The position numbers and the translations under genes are program-made. Under the pieces are notes generated by a model that was not told the origin of the DNA, searched no databases, and worked only from the letters and a program-made list of their open reading frames with translations. A stretch of DNA of 37,651 bases from an uncultured Acidimicrobiales bacterium (GTDB lineage Bacteria; Actinomycetota; Acidimicrobiia; Acidimicrobiales; UBA10347), in NCBI GenBank assembly GCA_943788915.1, contig CALSSD010000024.1, positions 1 through 37,651 of the forward strand. Direction: 5' to 3'. Below are positions 1 to 9,278 of this stretch, piece after piece; the stretch's first letter is position 1; each line of letters begins with the position of its first letter.

Positions 1-1987
1 GACCCAATTGATGCCCTTCTGGTGCAGGCTCTTGGCGATCTCGGGGTAACTCTTGGTCTGACCGTCGGAAGGATCGAGTGCAAGTTCGGTCTCGCCGGTG
101 AAGGCGTTGACCACACCGAGGTACAGATTGCCGGAGATGTTCTCGAGGTGGCCGCGGTACTTCAGCCACGGCTCCCGCCATCGAGATGTGGTCGGTCGTG
201 ACCTTGCCCTTGTGCCTTCACCGAGCAGCGGCAGGTCCTCGAGGTAGTCGCTGCCGTCCCAGGCCGGGAAACGGCGTGAGCACCTGGATGCCGGTCAGAC
301 TGCGTGGGTCGCCACCGCGACCTCGACGCTGCTGCCGTCCTCAGGTGCGTGAGCGACGAACGTGGTCTCGCCGCGGTCGAAGCCGGCCTCGTGGCAGCTC
401 GATCGCCGTTCGCCCTCGACCAGGCCGCACCTGCTTCGCCCGCCTCGTTGGTCAGGCTGTCGGTTGATGAGGGTCGAAGTCGACGCGGCCGGCGAGGGCC
501 AGGGCGATCGACCGTCTCCGGCGACGTCACGAACGCCAACGTGGTCTCGGCATCGCCGTCGTTGCGCTTCGGGAAGTTGCGGTTGTAGCTGGTGACGATC
601 ACGTTGGGGGTGCCGGTCTCGATGGCCGGACTCCTCGGTCATCTCGCTCCCACTGGCCGATGCACGGCCCGCAGGCGTTGGCCAGCACGGTCGCCGCCGA
701 GCGCCTCGAGATGCCTCGAGCATGCCCGTCGCGCTCGATCGTGCGCCCGGACCTGGCTTCGGAGCCAGGGCGTGATCGAGGAGTCGGTACTCTTGGCCGT
801 CAGCCCCTTGGCCGACGGCGTCGCGGGCGATCGACGCGGCCCGGCTGATGTCCTCGTAGCTCGAGTTGGTGCACGCTTCCGATCAAGCGCCGCGCTGACC
901 TCCATCGGCCAGCCCTTCGCGGCTCGGCCTCGGCGCCCAGGTGCTTTGACCGCGGTCGGGCCCGGTCGGGGGTGTGTGGGACCGTTGATGTAGGGGCGTC
1001 GAGCGTGGTCGAGGTCGATCTCGATGACCTCGTCGTAGTAGTCGCCCGGGTCGGCGAGCACCTCGTCGTCGGCCCGGAGGTGGTGGGCGACGGCGTTCGC
1101 GAGCTGCATCGGCGACCGCCTCGCGGCCGGTCGACTTCAGGTAGCGGGCCGGCCGCGTCGTCGTAGGCGAACAGCGACGTGGTGGCGCCGATCTCGGCGC
1201 CCATGTTGCAGATGGTTGCCTTGCCGGTTGCCGACTGAGGCTGTTCGGCGCCGGGGCCGAAGTATTCGACGATCGCGCCCGTGCCGCCCTTCACCGTCAG
1301 GATCTCGGCCACCTTCAGGATGACGTCCTTCGGGTGCGGCCCAGCCGCCGAGTTCGAACCGGTCAGCTGTGACGCCGATGAGCCTTGGGCCAGCGCACGT
1401 TCCACGGCGAAGCCGGTCATCACGTCGACGGCGTCGGCGCCGCCCACGCCGACGGCGATCATGCCAGCTGCCGCCCGCGTTCGGCGTGTGGCTGTCGGTG
1501 CCGAGCATCATCCCGCCGGGGAAGGCGTAGTTGCTCGAGCACGACCTGATGGATGATGCCCGAGCCCGGCTGCCCAGAAGCCCCCGCCGTACTCTGGCCG
1601 ACACCGACCTTTTCGAGGAAGTCGTAGACCTCCTGTTGGTGTCGGCCGCGACCATGAGGTCGGTCTTGCCGTCGACGCGAGCCTGGATCAAGTGATCGCA
1701 GTGGGTCGTGGTCGGCACAGATGTGCGGTCGAGGCCGGCAGTCATGAACTGCAGCCATGCCATCTGGGCGGTGGCATCTTGCATGGCCACCCGGTCGGGG
1801 CGAAGGTCGGTGTAGGAAACGCCCCGCTCGAGGCCAGCAGTCCAGGATCGTCGAGGTGATTGATCAGAATCTTCTCGGCCAAGGTAAGGGCTCGTCCGAG
1901 CTTCTCACGACCCCACGCAAGACGTTCGTCGAGTGTGCTGTACACCTCGTTGACGAGTTCGATTGGGGTTTCGGCAAAGACGGCCAT
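1..1987 (-). CDS. acnA: Aconitate hydratase (mitochondrial/Bacteroidota-type), 3' end outside window, many apparent frameshifts
   Basis: Collinear motifs across frames: [107 protein letters not shown]. Start MAVFAETP at 1987 with GAGAGG RBS. Confidence 0.93.
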
Positions 1988-2009
1988 AACAAATACCTCT
2001 CGATGTGGT

Positions 2010-2044
2010 AACTTGTACGCTACAAGTTTGATACAAGCTGTCAA
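2010..2044. promoter_or_regulatory. acnA promoter (TTGACA-16-TAGCGT, minus strand) overlapped by palindrome AACTTGTA-CGC-TACAAGTT, probable GntR operator
   Basis: Perfect 8-bp arms at 2010-2028 plus a third TACAAG half-site at 2032-2037; lies between divergent acnA and gntR. Confidence 0.7.
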
Positions 2045-2103
2045 CGACCGACAGCACGTTTCTGCGAAGATCGCTCTCCGACTGCCCGCAGGTTGCCCAC
2101 GTT

Positions 2104-2829
2104 ATGGCCCGTTCCTTTCGATACCAAGAGATTGCTGAATCGATTCGCGGTGATGTCGAGAAAGGTGTGTTGGCGACTGGTGCGCTACTCCCCAGTGAGT
2201 CGGCGTTATCGGCGGCTCATGATGCGAGTCGGGTAACGATTCGTAAGGCGCTCGAGCAGCTCCGAGGCGAGGGACTTGTTGATAGCCGTCAGGGTTTTGG
2301 TTGGTTTGTGGGCAGTAGTCCAATCCGTCAATCTTTGGACAGTCTCGAAACCATCGAAGGGCAACTCGCTGAAGCAGGTCGTTCCAGTGAGCGCAGGGTG
2401 TTGCAGTTCGGATTTGTTCAAGCTCCCGTTGAAGTCGAGGCTTTGGTAGGTGCTGAGGTGCTCGAGGTCAAACGGCTCAACCTGGCCGACGGTGAGCCAT
2501 TTGCGTATGTCACTGTTTGGTGTAAGGCCTCGTTAGGCGCTGACCTGTCGCGGAGCGATGTCGAAGAGTCGACGTTCGTCGACCTGCTTCTCGACCGCCT
2601 CGGTCATGCGACTCAAGTAATTTCGGCCATCGCTGCCGACGCGGCGATCGCAGTTGCGCTCAAAGTAGACGAGGGCTCGCCACTGCTTCGGGTACGGCGC
2701 GTTACCACCGATAGTGCGGGGGGTAACGCACTGGTGAGCGAGCATCTCTATCCAGCACGTCGCACCGAGTTCGAAGTCACCCTCAGCGGTCCCACAGGTG
2801 AACCTGCGGGGCTGCGATTGGTCGAGTAG
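2104..2829 (+). CDS. GntR family (HutC subfamily, UTRA domain) transcriptional regulator
   Basis: N-terminal wHTH (LPSESAL...SRVTIRKAL...RQGFGWFV) plus UTRA-type C-terminus. Confidence 0.93.
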   Translation: MARSFRYQEIAESIRGDVEKGVLATGALLPSESALSAAHDASRVTIRKALEQLRGEGLVDSRQGFGWFVGSSPIRQSLDSLETIEGQLAEAGRSSERRVLQFGFVQAPVEVEALVGAEVLEVKRLNLADGEPFAYVTVWCKASLGADLSRSDVEESTFVDLLLDRLGHATQVISAIAADAAIAVALKVDEGSPLLRVRRVTTDSAGGNALVSEHLYPARRTEFEVTLSGPTGEPAGLRLVE

Positions 2830-2865
2830 CGCCGCGGAGGTCGGCTGAGACGTGGAGCTTGCGTC

Positions 2866-3231
2866 ATGGCTAGCTACGTTGCTCGAATGGCAGATGAAAT
2901 CGAGGCTCTGGCGGTCTACGGCACCTTGGCGCCGGGCGAGAAGAACCATTGGGTTGTATCTCGTATCGGCGGCGAGTGGTGCACGGGAACAGTTCGTGGC
3001 TACACCTTCGAGATCACGTGGGGGGTGGCCGAGGGGTACGAAGGATTCGTGGCCGACGAGAGCGGCGGGTTGGTTCAGGTGGCTGTTTTGCGGTCGTCGC
3101 AGCTCGCCAATCGGTGGCGTGAGATCGACGATTTCGAAGGAGCGGGCTACGAACGTCGCTCGGTGGATGTCACGCTTGGCAGCGGTGCCGTCGTGGCCGC
3201 TCAGATCTACGTCGCTTTGACCGACAGCTAG
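2866..3231 (+). CDS. Gamma-glutamylcyclotransferase (AIG2-like) family protein
   Basis: VYGTLAPGEKNH and DDFEGAGYER motifs. Confidence 0.85.
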   Translation: MASYVARMADEIEALAVYGTLAPGEKNHWVVSRIGGEWCTGTVRGYTFEITWGVAEGYEGFVADESGGLVQVAVLRSSQLANRWREIDDFEGAGYERRSVDVTLGSGAVVAAQIYVALTDS

Positions 3232-3536
3232 CCTCACTCGCTGGCGAGACCAGGTTGGCGATCGGTGGATTCGGTAGCGGCTTCGATGTCTACGGCGGCG
3301 ACTCCTGCAAACCGATCACGGCCGCTGATCCGGTCGATGTCGGCCAAGCCATGACCGGTTGATCTGTGAAGTTGTTCCACACGCCACACATCGACGCAGC
3401 GTTCCTCGGTTGATCAGGTTCGGGACGACGTGCGCTGGTGTAGCTACTAGTCGGATGCCCACAGCGACGCGAGTGCCTGGCCACGTCCTTGTCCAATCCA
3501 TGGTCTGGACCGGGAAGAGACGTCAATTGCAAATCG

Positions 3537-4505
3537 TTAACGGGGCCACACCGGCTTCTTGCGAGAGCGTCGGCTGCGATCGCCAAGAGCCCAGGCCCGG
3601 CGCCAAGATGAAGCCTTGGGTCCAGACATAGAAGGGGAACCCTGCTGATGGAATCGCTTACGGGCCTGCCACCAGTCGGTTGCGAGTTCGTCGCCCAACG
3701 AGGCGACTGCCGACTCGATGCGGGTGTTCAGCCGGCGAGTGTTGTCGCCTTCGGCAGGCCAGATCGGATCGCCAAAGATGACCGTGGTCGTCGACGGCTT
3801 CGGCCACCGCTGGCCTTTACGCCAGATGCGTCCGGTGCCCGCCAAATAAATCGGCACGATCGGAATCTCACACCGCAACGCGAGATAAGCGGCGCCACCC
3901 TTGAACGGTTGCCCCCAGCCATCGGGGCTGCGGCCGCCTTCGGGGAATATCAACAAGCTATTACCGGCATCGACGATCTCCGCGGCTTGGTCGGCCGATG
4001 CTCGACCCATGCTGTGGCGATTGATCGGGAATGCCCCGATGGTAAGGGCGGACATGGTGGCCTTGATGCGCTTGTCGAAGAAGTAATCCGATGCAGCAGC
4101 GACGACGAGTTTGTGTCGCCACGGCAGCGGGATCGAGGTCAGCAAAAGGGATGTGTCGAGGTGACTGTGGTGGTTGGCCACGAACAGAGCATGCTGTTTC
4201 GGGTCTAGTGAGCGCAGCTGGTCGTAGCCCTGGCGATCAGGCTTGGCGATTACAGAGATCCACGGGCGAAGAATGGTCTCGACGATGGCGCTGCGGGCGA
4301 TGCGTGCAGACGGGCGGCGGGCCCACTCAGTGTCGTAGTTGGCACCGATGTTGCTGTTGTCGTCGAGTATTTCGACAGAGGCAGGGACAGGCGGTGCAGC
4401 ATACGGGAAGCCAAGTTTTGGCGGACGTATCCCTCTGCGAGCGCGCCCGGCGACACCTTTCGCCAAGAGGGCGACCTTGCGGCGTCCGATCAACGGTTGC
4501 GGCAT
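3537..4505 (-). CDS. Lysophospholipid/1-acylglycerol-3-phosphate acyltransferase family protein
   Basis: NHHSHLD (HxxxxD) and FPEGGRS motifs. Confidence 0.92.
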   Translation of the reverse strand: MPQPLIGRRKVALLAKGVAGRARRGIRPPKLGFPYAAPPVPASVEILDDNSNIGANYDTEWARRPSARIARSAIVETILRPWISVIAKPDRQGYDQLRSLDPKQHALFVANHHSHLDTSLLLTSIPLPWRHKLVVAAASDYFFDKRIKATMSALTIGAFPINRHSMGRASADQAAEIVDAGNSLLIFPEGGRSPDGWGQPFKGGAAYLALRCEIPIVPIYLAGTGRIWRKGQRWPKPSTTTVIFGDPIWPAEGDNTRRLNTRIESAVASLGDELATDWWQARKRFHQQGSPSMSGPKASSWRRAWALGDRSRRSRKKPVWPR

Positions 4506-4521
4506 CAGTTCTCACTTCCCC

Positions 4522-4552
4522 AATTGTTACTTCCCCTGGGGACGTAACAATT
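4522..4552. repeat. Intergenic palindrome, copy 1 (AATTGTTACTTCCCC-T-GGGGACGTAACAATT)
   Basis: 15-bp arms with one mismatch and a 1-nt centre; shares core with 6197-6229. Confidence 0.85.
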
Positions 4553-4578
4553 CGATGGTCGGCGGTGGTCCTGCACGC

Positions 4579-6186
4579 TTAGATGACGTCGGCCATAACG
4601 ACCGGCGGGTTGTGTAGGTGGGTGATCGTTGGCTGAGGGCCAACAACATCGCTGGCGATCTCGAGTGCGTCATTCATGGTCGATGCCGGCGTAAATCCCA
4701 TACGTCGGACGGCCTTTACGTCGCCGCCCACGATGATGATCTTGGCCGCATGGTCCATGGCGTTGCTACCCCAGTACCACATGTACAACGGGTGTACGCC
4801 GTGGTAGGCGTAACTCGTGCGGTAGAGGTGGCGGTACCACTCGTCTTCGGCGAATTGCTTCTCGTACTTGTGGGCAATCTTGTGGCCATCGGTGGTGTCG
4901 GGCAGTACTTGCTCAAAGAAGTCGATGTAACTCGGGTGGTGCACCGGGTGAAATTCGATCGGCGTGGGGTGGGTCATGATGATGACGCCGTCTTTACGCA
5001 CCAACGGCTTGTTTCGGTACATGTTGAAGAAGTAACCCAGGCCCAAGCACATGACCAGGATGGGGTTGAGGATCGAGTTGACGTTGTACGGGCTCAGGTA
5101 CGGCAGCCCCATGGTCAAGATGTCGGCTTGGCCTTCGATCTGGACCAACTGCTGCTTGAGCATGTTCTCAACCGCTGACTCATGGACGGCTTCGACTTCG
5201 CCAGCTTGGACTGACGTCATGCCGTACGGCGACAGGTGGTCGTTGAAGACCTTGCGTCGTGCCTTACGAGGCATGATCTGCAGACCCTTTTGCATGGCGA
5301 TGAACGATGCCCGGTCGCGGGCAGTCCATTCCCATTCACGCTTCTGCAGCACAGACATGGGGCCATCCATGCCGAAGACGTTGTTGTTGATCGTGGTCTC
5401 GATCTGGAACACCTTGACCCCGGCTGCGGTGATGACATCGCCTTGGCGCCAGTTCTTGTTGTGAAACTCGCTGTGTTTGTGGTCCATCAGGTCTGATTTC
5501 AGCAGCGTGTCGACATTGTGGTGATGGCGAATGCCGCTATAGCCGGATAGGCCGGTGGCAGTGCTCTTCCAGCCGCCGTTCATGGAGACCATGTTGATGT
5601 TCACGTAGACGATCAGGTCGCTCTCGGCGGCCCGGCGGACCATCTGAACTTCTTCGCCTTCGCTGGTTTCACCCAACATGACCATTTCGTCGGGGTCTTC
5701 GGCATCCATGTTGTAGAGCAAGCCGGTTGGTGCGAACGCGTCATAGACCCGATCGCCGACGGCATGGCGTAGCTCGTCTTCGGTCATGCGGCGGTGCAGT
5801 GCGAGCGCGGCGATGATGTGGACATCGTCGACGTTGGCCTCGGCAGCCATGTCCAGGACTTGTTCGATGATTCGTTGGCGAATGTCTGGCCGACGCATCT
5901 GGGGGAGTGGCAACGAGATGTCGTCGAACACGATGGTCAGCTTCATGCCAGCGAAGAGCTTGGACGGAAGCGGATCATCCTTGAGCGGGTTCAGCAGCGC
6001 ATCGCGAATGGCCCCATCGGGGTCAGCAATGGGGTTCAGCGGCTCGGCGGGGTACAACACCCTGGTACGTCCTGCTGGCAGGCTCTCCAGGCTGAAGCCC
6101 TCGCCACGGTGAAACAGGATCGGGGGCGTGGACTTGTCGACTTCGAGGACGAGTCCTGGTCGAGGTGTGCGGTCTTGTAAAGCCAT
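4579..6186 (-). CDS. Lactate racemase (LarA/DUF2088) domain protein
   Basis: IVFDDIS.P, ALALHRRMT, GGWKS and HHH motifs typical of the LarA superfamily; start ATG 6186 (alternative TTG 6198). Confidence 0.85.
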   Translation of the reverse strand: MALQDRTPRPGLVLEVDKSTPPILFHRGEGFSLESLPAGRTRVLYPAEPLNPIADPDGAIRDALLNPLKDDPLPSKLFAGMKLTIVFDDISLPLPQMRRPDIRQRIIEQVLDMAAEANVDDVHIIAALALHRRMTEDELRHAVGDRVYDAFAPTGLLYNMDAEDPDEMVMLGETSEGEEVQMVRRAAESDLIVYVNINMVSMNGGWKSTATGLSGYSGIRHHHNVDTLLKSDLMDHKHSEFHNKNWRQGDVITAAGVKVFQIETTINNNVFGMDGPMSVLQKREWEWTARDRASFIAMQKGLQIMPRKARRKVFNDHLSPYGMTSVQAGEVEAVHESAVENMLKQQLVQIEGQADILTMGLPYLSPYNVNSILNPILVMCLGLGYFFNMYRNKPLVRKDGVIIMTHPTPIEFHPVHHPSYIDFFEQVLPDTTDGHKIAHKYEKQFAEDEWYRHLYRTSYAYHGVHPLYMWYWGSNAMDHAAKIIIVGGDVKAVRRMGFTPASTMNDALEIASDVVGPQPTITHLHNPPVVMADVI

Positions 6187-6196
6187 AAGTGGGATC

Positions 6197-6229
6197 AAAA
6201 GTTATGTTCCCCAGGGGAACATAACTTTT
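6197..6229. repeat. Intergenic palindrome, copy 2 (AAAAGTTATGTTCCCC-A-GGGGAACATAACTTTT)
   Basis: Perfect 16-bp arms, 1-nt centre. Confidence 0.9.
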
Positions 6230-6232
6230 CAG

Positions 6233-8593
6233 TTAGGCGCTGCGACGAGCGCGGGGCAGGTAGGGGGCTACTGGCAGGATCTTGTGTTCGCCACCGGGGG
6301 CGGGGGAGAAGTTCTCGACGAGCCAGCCGCGGCGGCGGGCCAGCATGGCGAGTTTGGTGTCGGGGTTCACCGCTACGGGGAACGACACGGCTTCGAGCAT
6401 CGGCAGATCGCTGGTTGAGTCGGCGTAGGCAACAGACTCTTGCAGATCGAGATTGTGCTCGGTGGCGTATTGGCGCAGTGCCTCGGCTCGCATCTCACCG
6501 ATTGGCGGCGCATGCAACATGCGGCCGGTGTAGCGACCATTTTCCTGTTCGAGTGACGGACAGATGATGTCGTCGAAGAGCGGTTCGAGGTTCTTCACGA
6601 TGAAGTCGAGCGCACCAGTGATGAGAACAGTGCGATGGCCAGCGGCCCTATGCATCCGCACCCGGCGAATTGCATCAGGGAACGCGTTCTTCACCAACAA
6701 GTCGCTGAACAGTTCGGCGGCATCGCGTTCGAGTTGTTCGACCGGCGCATTGTCGTAGCGGCGGTAGAAATGGCGCAAGAACTCGACCCGATCGCGGCGG
6801 TCCAGCCGTTGCAGACTGGCGGCTTCGCCCAGAGCCTTAAGCACGACGCGAGCTCGTTGTGAGCGATTGAGGTTGCGGGTCGCAAGCCAGCCCCACGAAC
6901 CCACAACGTTTGACTGGATCAATGTGTTCTCAAGATCGAAGGCTGCAAGCTGACGTCGTTCGTCGAGCACCTGTTCGCGGAGCCGATCACTGCGACCGAA
7001 TGCGGCGCCCTTCTTGCCCGATGGTGCTGTCTTGACCCGTCCCTGTTCCAGCACAGAGGGCAGATGGATGTCGACCGAATAGTGGTGCCAGTCGATGATT
7101 TTGGGATCCATCTGGAACGTGGTTTGGTCTTCGGGAGTCAGGCTGGCATGCATGGTCAGCGTGTTCTCGCAGTGATAGAGCGCTTCGCACACCACGTATT
7201 TGCCGTAGAGATCGACGTAGCCGATCGCCTGCTCCAGGTTTTCTTTGCGTTCGTCGATGGTGGCCGCGAGTTGGGCTCGTTGGCCACGGACGGGCAGCGC
7301 CCGCATGACCTTGCTGGCCCGATCCAGACCTGATCGGGCCCGATACATCTGGGTCGTGATCTTGTTCTTGTCCGGGAACGTCCAACGAGGTGGGGCGATT
7401 GGCTGGTCGAAGTCGTCGTAGATTGGGTTTGCTCGGAAGAACTCGGTGGTCCACGCGTGGAACTGGCCCATCCGGAACGGGTTCTCCGCTCCGCTGGTGG
7501 ATTGCAGGACCTGCACGGAACCGTCTTCGGCCGGCCCCTTGCCAGCAACTACAACCAGGGTTGCAACGACGAGGTCGACAGGGATGGTATCGAGGATGCC
7601 TTCGGGGGTCCCTGGGAAGTCGGTGAGCAGACCGCGGCCAAAGCCGATGATCACTGGTTCTGCCATGCGGAAGCCGCGAATCCAGCCGGGGAACGGCTCA
7701 GCCCAGCTCGACTCGATGATCGATGGCCGCACGATGCTGAGCGGAATGTCGCCGCGCAGTTCGGCCATTGCACTTTCGGCCATGGCTTTGGTCATGGCGT
7801 AGGCGTCGCTGAAGTCCAGCGACGCGGCGCGAGCGAGGCCGAGGTCAACCTGTTCTTGGCGGACCCAGCGTTCGCGGAGCTGCTCCGTCTTATTGGCGAG
7901 GGCATTGCCGCCTGCAGCGCCGAGTTCGTCTTTGGCTTCTTTACCGAACTTCTTGAGCGAAGCGGTGGTGCGGCTTTCGTCTTCGCTCCGAACGCGGGCT
8001 CGGCGGGCGGTCTCGATCTCATTGCGCCAGTCGACCGAGATGGCATAGGCGCCGTCTTGCAGCAGTTCTTCGAAGGCATCACCCTTGCGGGTGCCCGCAA
8101 CGTACGCGGTTGACACGGCGACCAGGTGAGGAGTGACGTTCAGGTCGTGCAGTGTCTCGATCAGATTGATCGGGCCGCAGAGATTGGTGTTGATTGCAAC
8201 ATCGAGCGGGTTGTCGAATGACACCGAGGCGGCCGAGTGGATGACAATGTCGCAGTCGGCGAGGGCGGCCCGCCCTTCGTCGTCGAGGCCGAGGCCTCCT
8301 TTGGTGATGTCGGCTGCGATGGGCAGGATGCGGTTGGCTGCCATCTCGGCGAAGCCGTCTTTGCCAAACTCTTCGCGGAGTCGATCGAAGGCATCATTGC
8401 GCAAGATCTCGCGGTCGACACGATTCTGGACGCCTCGGCGGCCTGGCCGGATCATCAGCACCAGCCTGCAACCGGGAACACTACGCAGGAGTCGTTCGAC
8501 CAAGGCGGTTCCCAGAAACCCGGTCGTGCCAGTGATGGCAATCCGCTTTCCGTCGAGCGCCGCCGCTATCTCACTCGTGTCAGCTCCAGCCAT
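6233..8593 (-). CDS. Fatty acyl-CoA reductase (male-sterility type SDR) fused to C-terminal HAD-IB hydrolase
   Basis: TGTTGFLG, HSAASVSF, YAMTKA, IVRPSII, PVDLVV (FAR); FDLENTL, LITGAL, YADSTSDLPML, AVNPD (HAD-IB). Confidence 0.9.
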   Translation of the reverse strand: MAGADTSEIAAALDGKRIAITGTTGFLGTALVERLLRSVPGCRLVLMIRPGRRGVQNRVDREILRNDAFDRLREEFGKDGFAEMAANRILPIAADITKGGLGLDDEGRAALADCDIVIHSAASVSFDNPLDVAINTNLCGPINLIETLHDLNVTPHLVAVSTAYVAGTRKGDAFEELLQDGAYAISVDWRNEIETARRARVRSEDESRTTASLKKFGKEAKDELGAAGGNALANKTEQLRERWVRQEQVDLGLARAASLDFSDAYAMTKAMAESAMAELRGDIPLSIVRPSIIESSWAEPFPGWIRGFRMAEPVIIGFGRGLLTDFPGTPEGILDTIPVDLVVATLVVVAGKGPAEDGSVQVLQSTSGAENPFRMGQFHAWTTEFFRANPIYDDFDQPIAPPRWTFPDKNKITTQMYRARSGLDRASKVMRALPVRGQRAQLAATIDERKENLEQAIGYVDLYGKYVVCEALYHCENTLTMHASLTPEDQTTFQMDPKIIDWHHYSVDIHLPSVLEQGRVKTAPSGKKGAAFGRSDRLREQVLDERRQLAAFDLENTLIQSNVVGSWGWLATRNLNRSQRARVVLKALGEAASLQRLDRRDRVEFLRHFYRRYDNAPVEQLERDAAELFSDLLVKNAFPDAIRRVRMHRAAGHRTVLITGALDFIVKNLEPLFDDIICPSLEQENGRYTGRMLHAPPIGEMRAEALRQYATEHNLDLQESVAYADSTSDLPMLEAVSFPVAVNPDTKLAMLARRRGWLVENFSPAPGGEHKILPVAPYLPRARRSA

Positions 8594-8603
8594 CCGATCA
8601 CCT

Positions 8604-8636
8604 TACCAACTGGTAGACGCCGTGTACCAGTTGGTA
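8604..8636. promoter_or_regulatory. Tandem TetR operator (TACCAACTGGTA ... TACCAGTTGGTA)
   Basis: Two TACCA-NN-TGGTA palindromes 21 bp apart and mutually inverted; the first overlaps the TAAGGT -10 of the FAR-HAD gene. Confidence 0.8.
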
Positions 8637-8669
8637 GAGAAGCTGATGGTTTGGCCTACGATCTATGGC

Positions 8670-9266
8670 GTGGCCGTGACTGTGGACACCCCTGATACGA
8701 GAACACGCATCTTGGCCGAGGCCATCGATGCGTTCGGAACCCGCGGTTACGCTGCTGTCTCGCTCGACGACCTTGCCGAAGTTCTGGGGGTTCGCAAGCA
8801 GACGGTGCTCTACCACTTTGGCTCAAAAGCCGAGCTCTTCGAAGCGACGATCGACTCCGCGATCGGAGACCTTGGTCAGACGCTGATCGCTGCAGGCACG
8901 GGCCGCACCGGCTGGCCTGCGGTCGAGGCGGTGGTCCACGCCGTGTTCCGTATCGCGGTGCGGCAGCCCGCCAGATTAGGCATCTTGCGAGAAGTCATGC
9001 GGTTGGGCGGCGAATGGTCGGCCCGAGCAACAAGGGCCATGGAACCAACCATCGCTCGCGCTCGGCTATTTCTGTCGCTCGAAATGCGCCGCGGTCATAT
9101 GCGGCAAACCGATCCCAATCTGCTGTTGGTCTCGGCCTACTCAACCGTCATGGGTGTGGCCACCGAAGTCGAAGTACTACGCGCCGTCGGCATCGAGCCA
9201 AATCTGCGAGAGGCAGTCCGACGCCGACGGGAATTACTGAAGTTTCTCGAAGCGGCGCTTCGTTAG
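8670..9266 (+). CDS. TetR/AcrR family transcriptional regulator
   Basis: RTRILAEAIDAFGTRGY...VSLDDLAEVLGVRKQTVLYHFGSKAEL; GTG start 7 nt after TACGAT. Confidence 0.93.
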   Translation: MAVTVDTPDTRTRILAEAIDAFGTRGYAAVSLDDLAEVLGVRKQTVLYHFGSKAELFEATIDSAIGDLGQTLIAAGTGRTGWPAVEAVVHAVFRIAVRQPARLGILREVMRLGGEWSARATRAMEPTIARARLFLSLEMRRGHMRQTDPNLLLVSAYSTVMGVATEVEVLRAVGIEPNLREAVRRRRELLKFLEAALR

Positions 9267-9278
9267 TCCGGCCAAGCC

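Noticed and set aside
3491..3512. DasR/GntR-like motif TGGTCTGGACC
   Set aside because: Lies between convergent genes with no promoter to control; weak match
8133..8669. 377-aa N-terminally extended TetR ORF
   Set aside because: Extension is antisense to the FAR gene; true start at GTG 8670 after a -10 box
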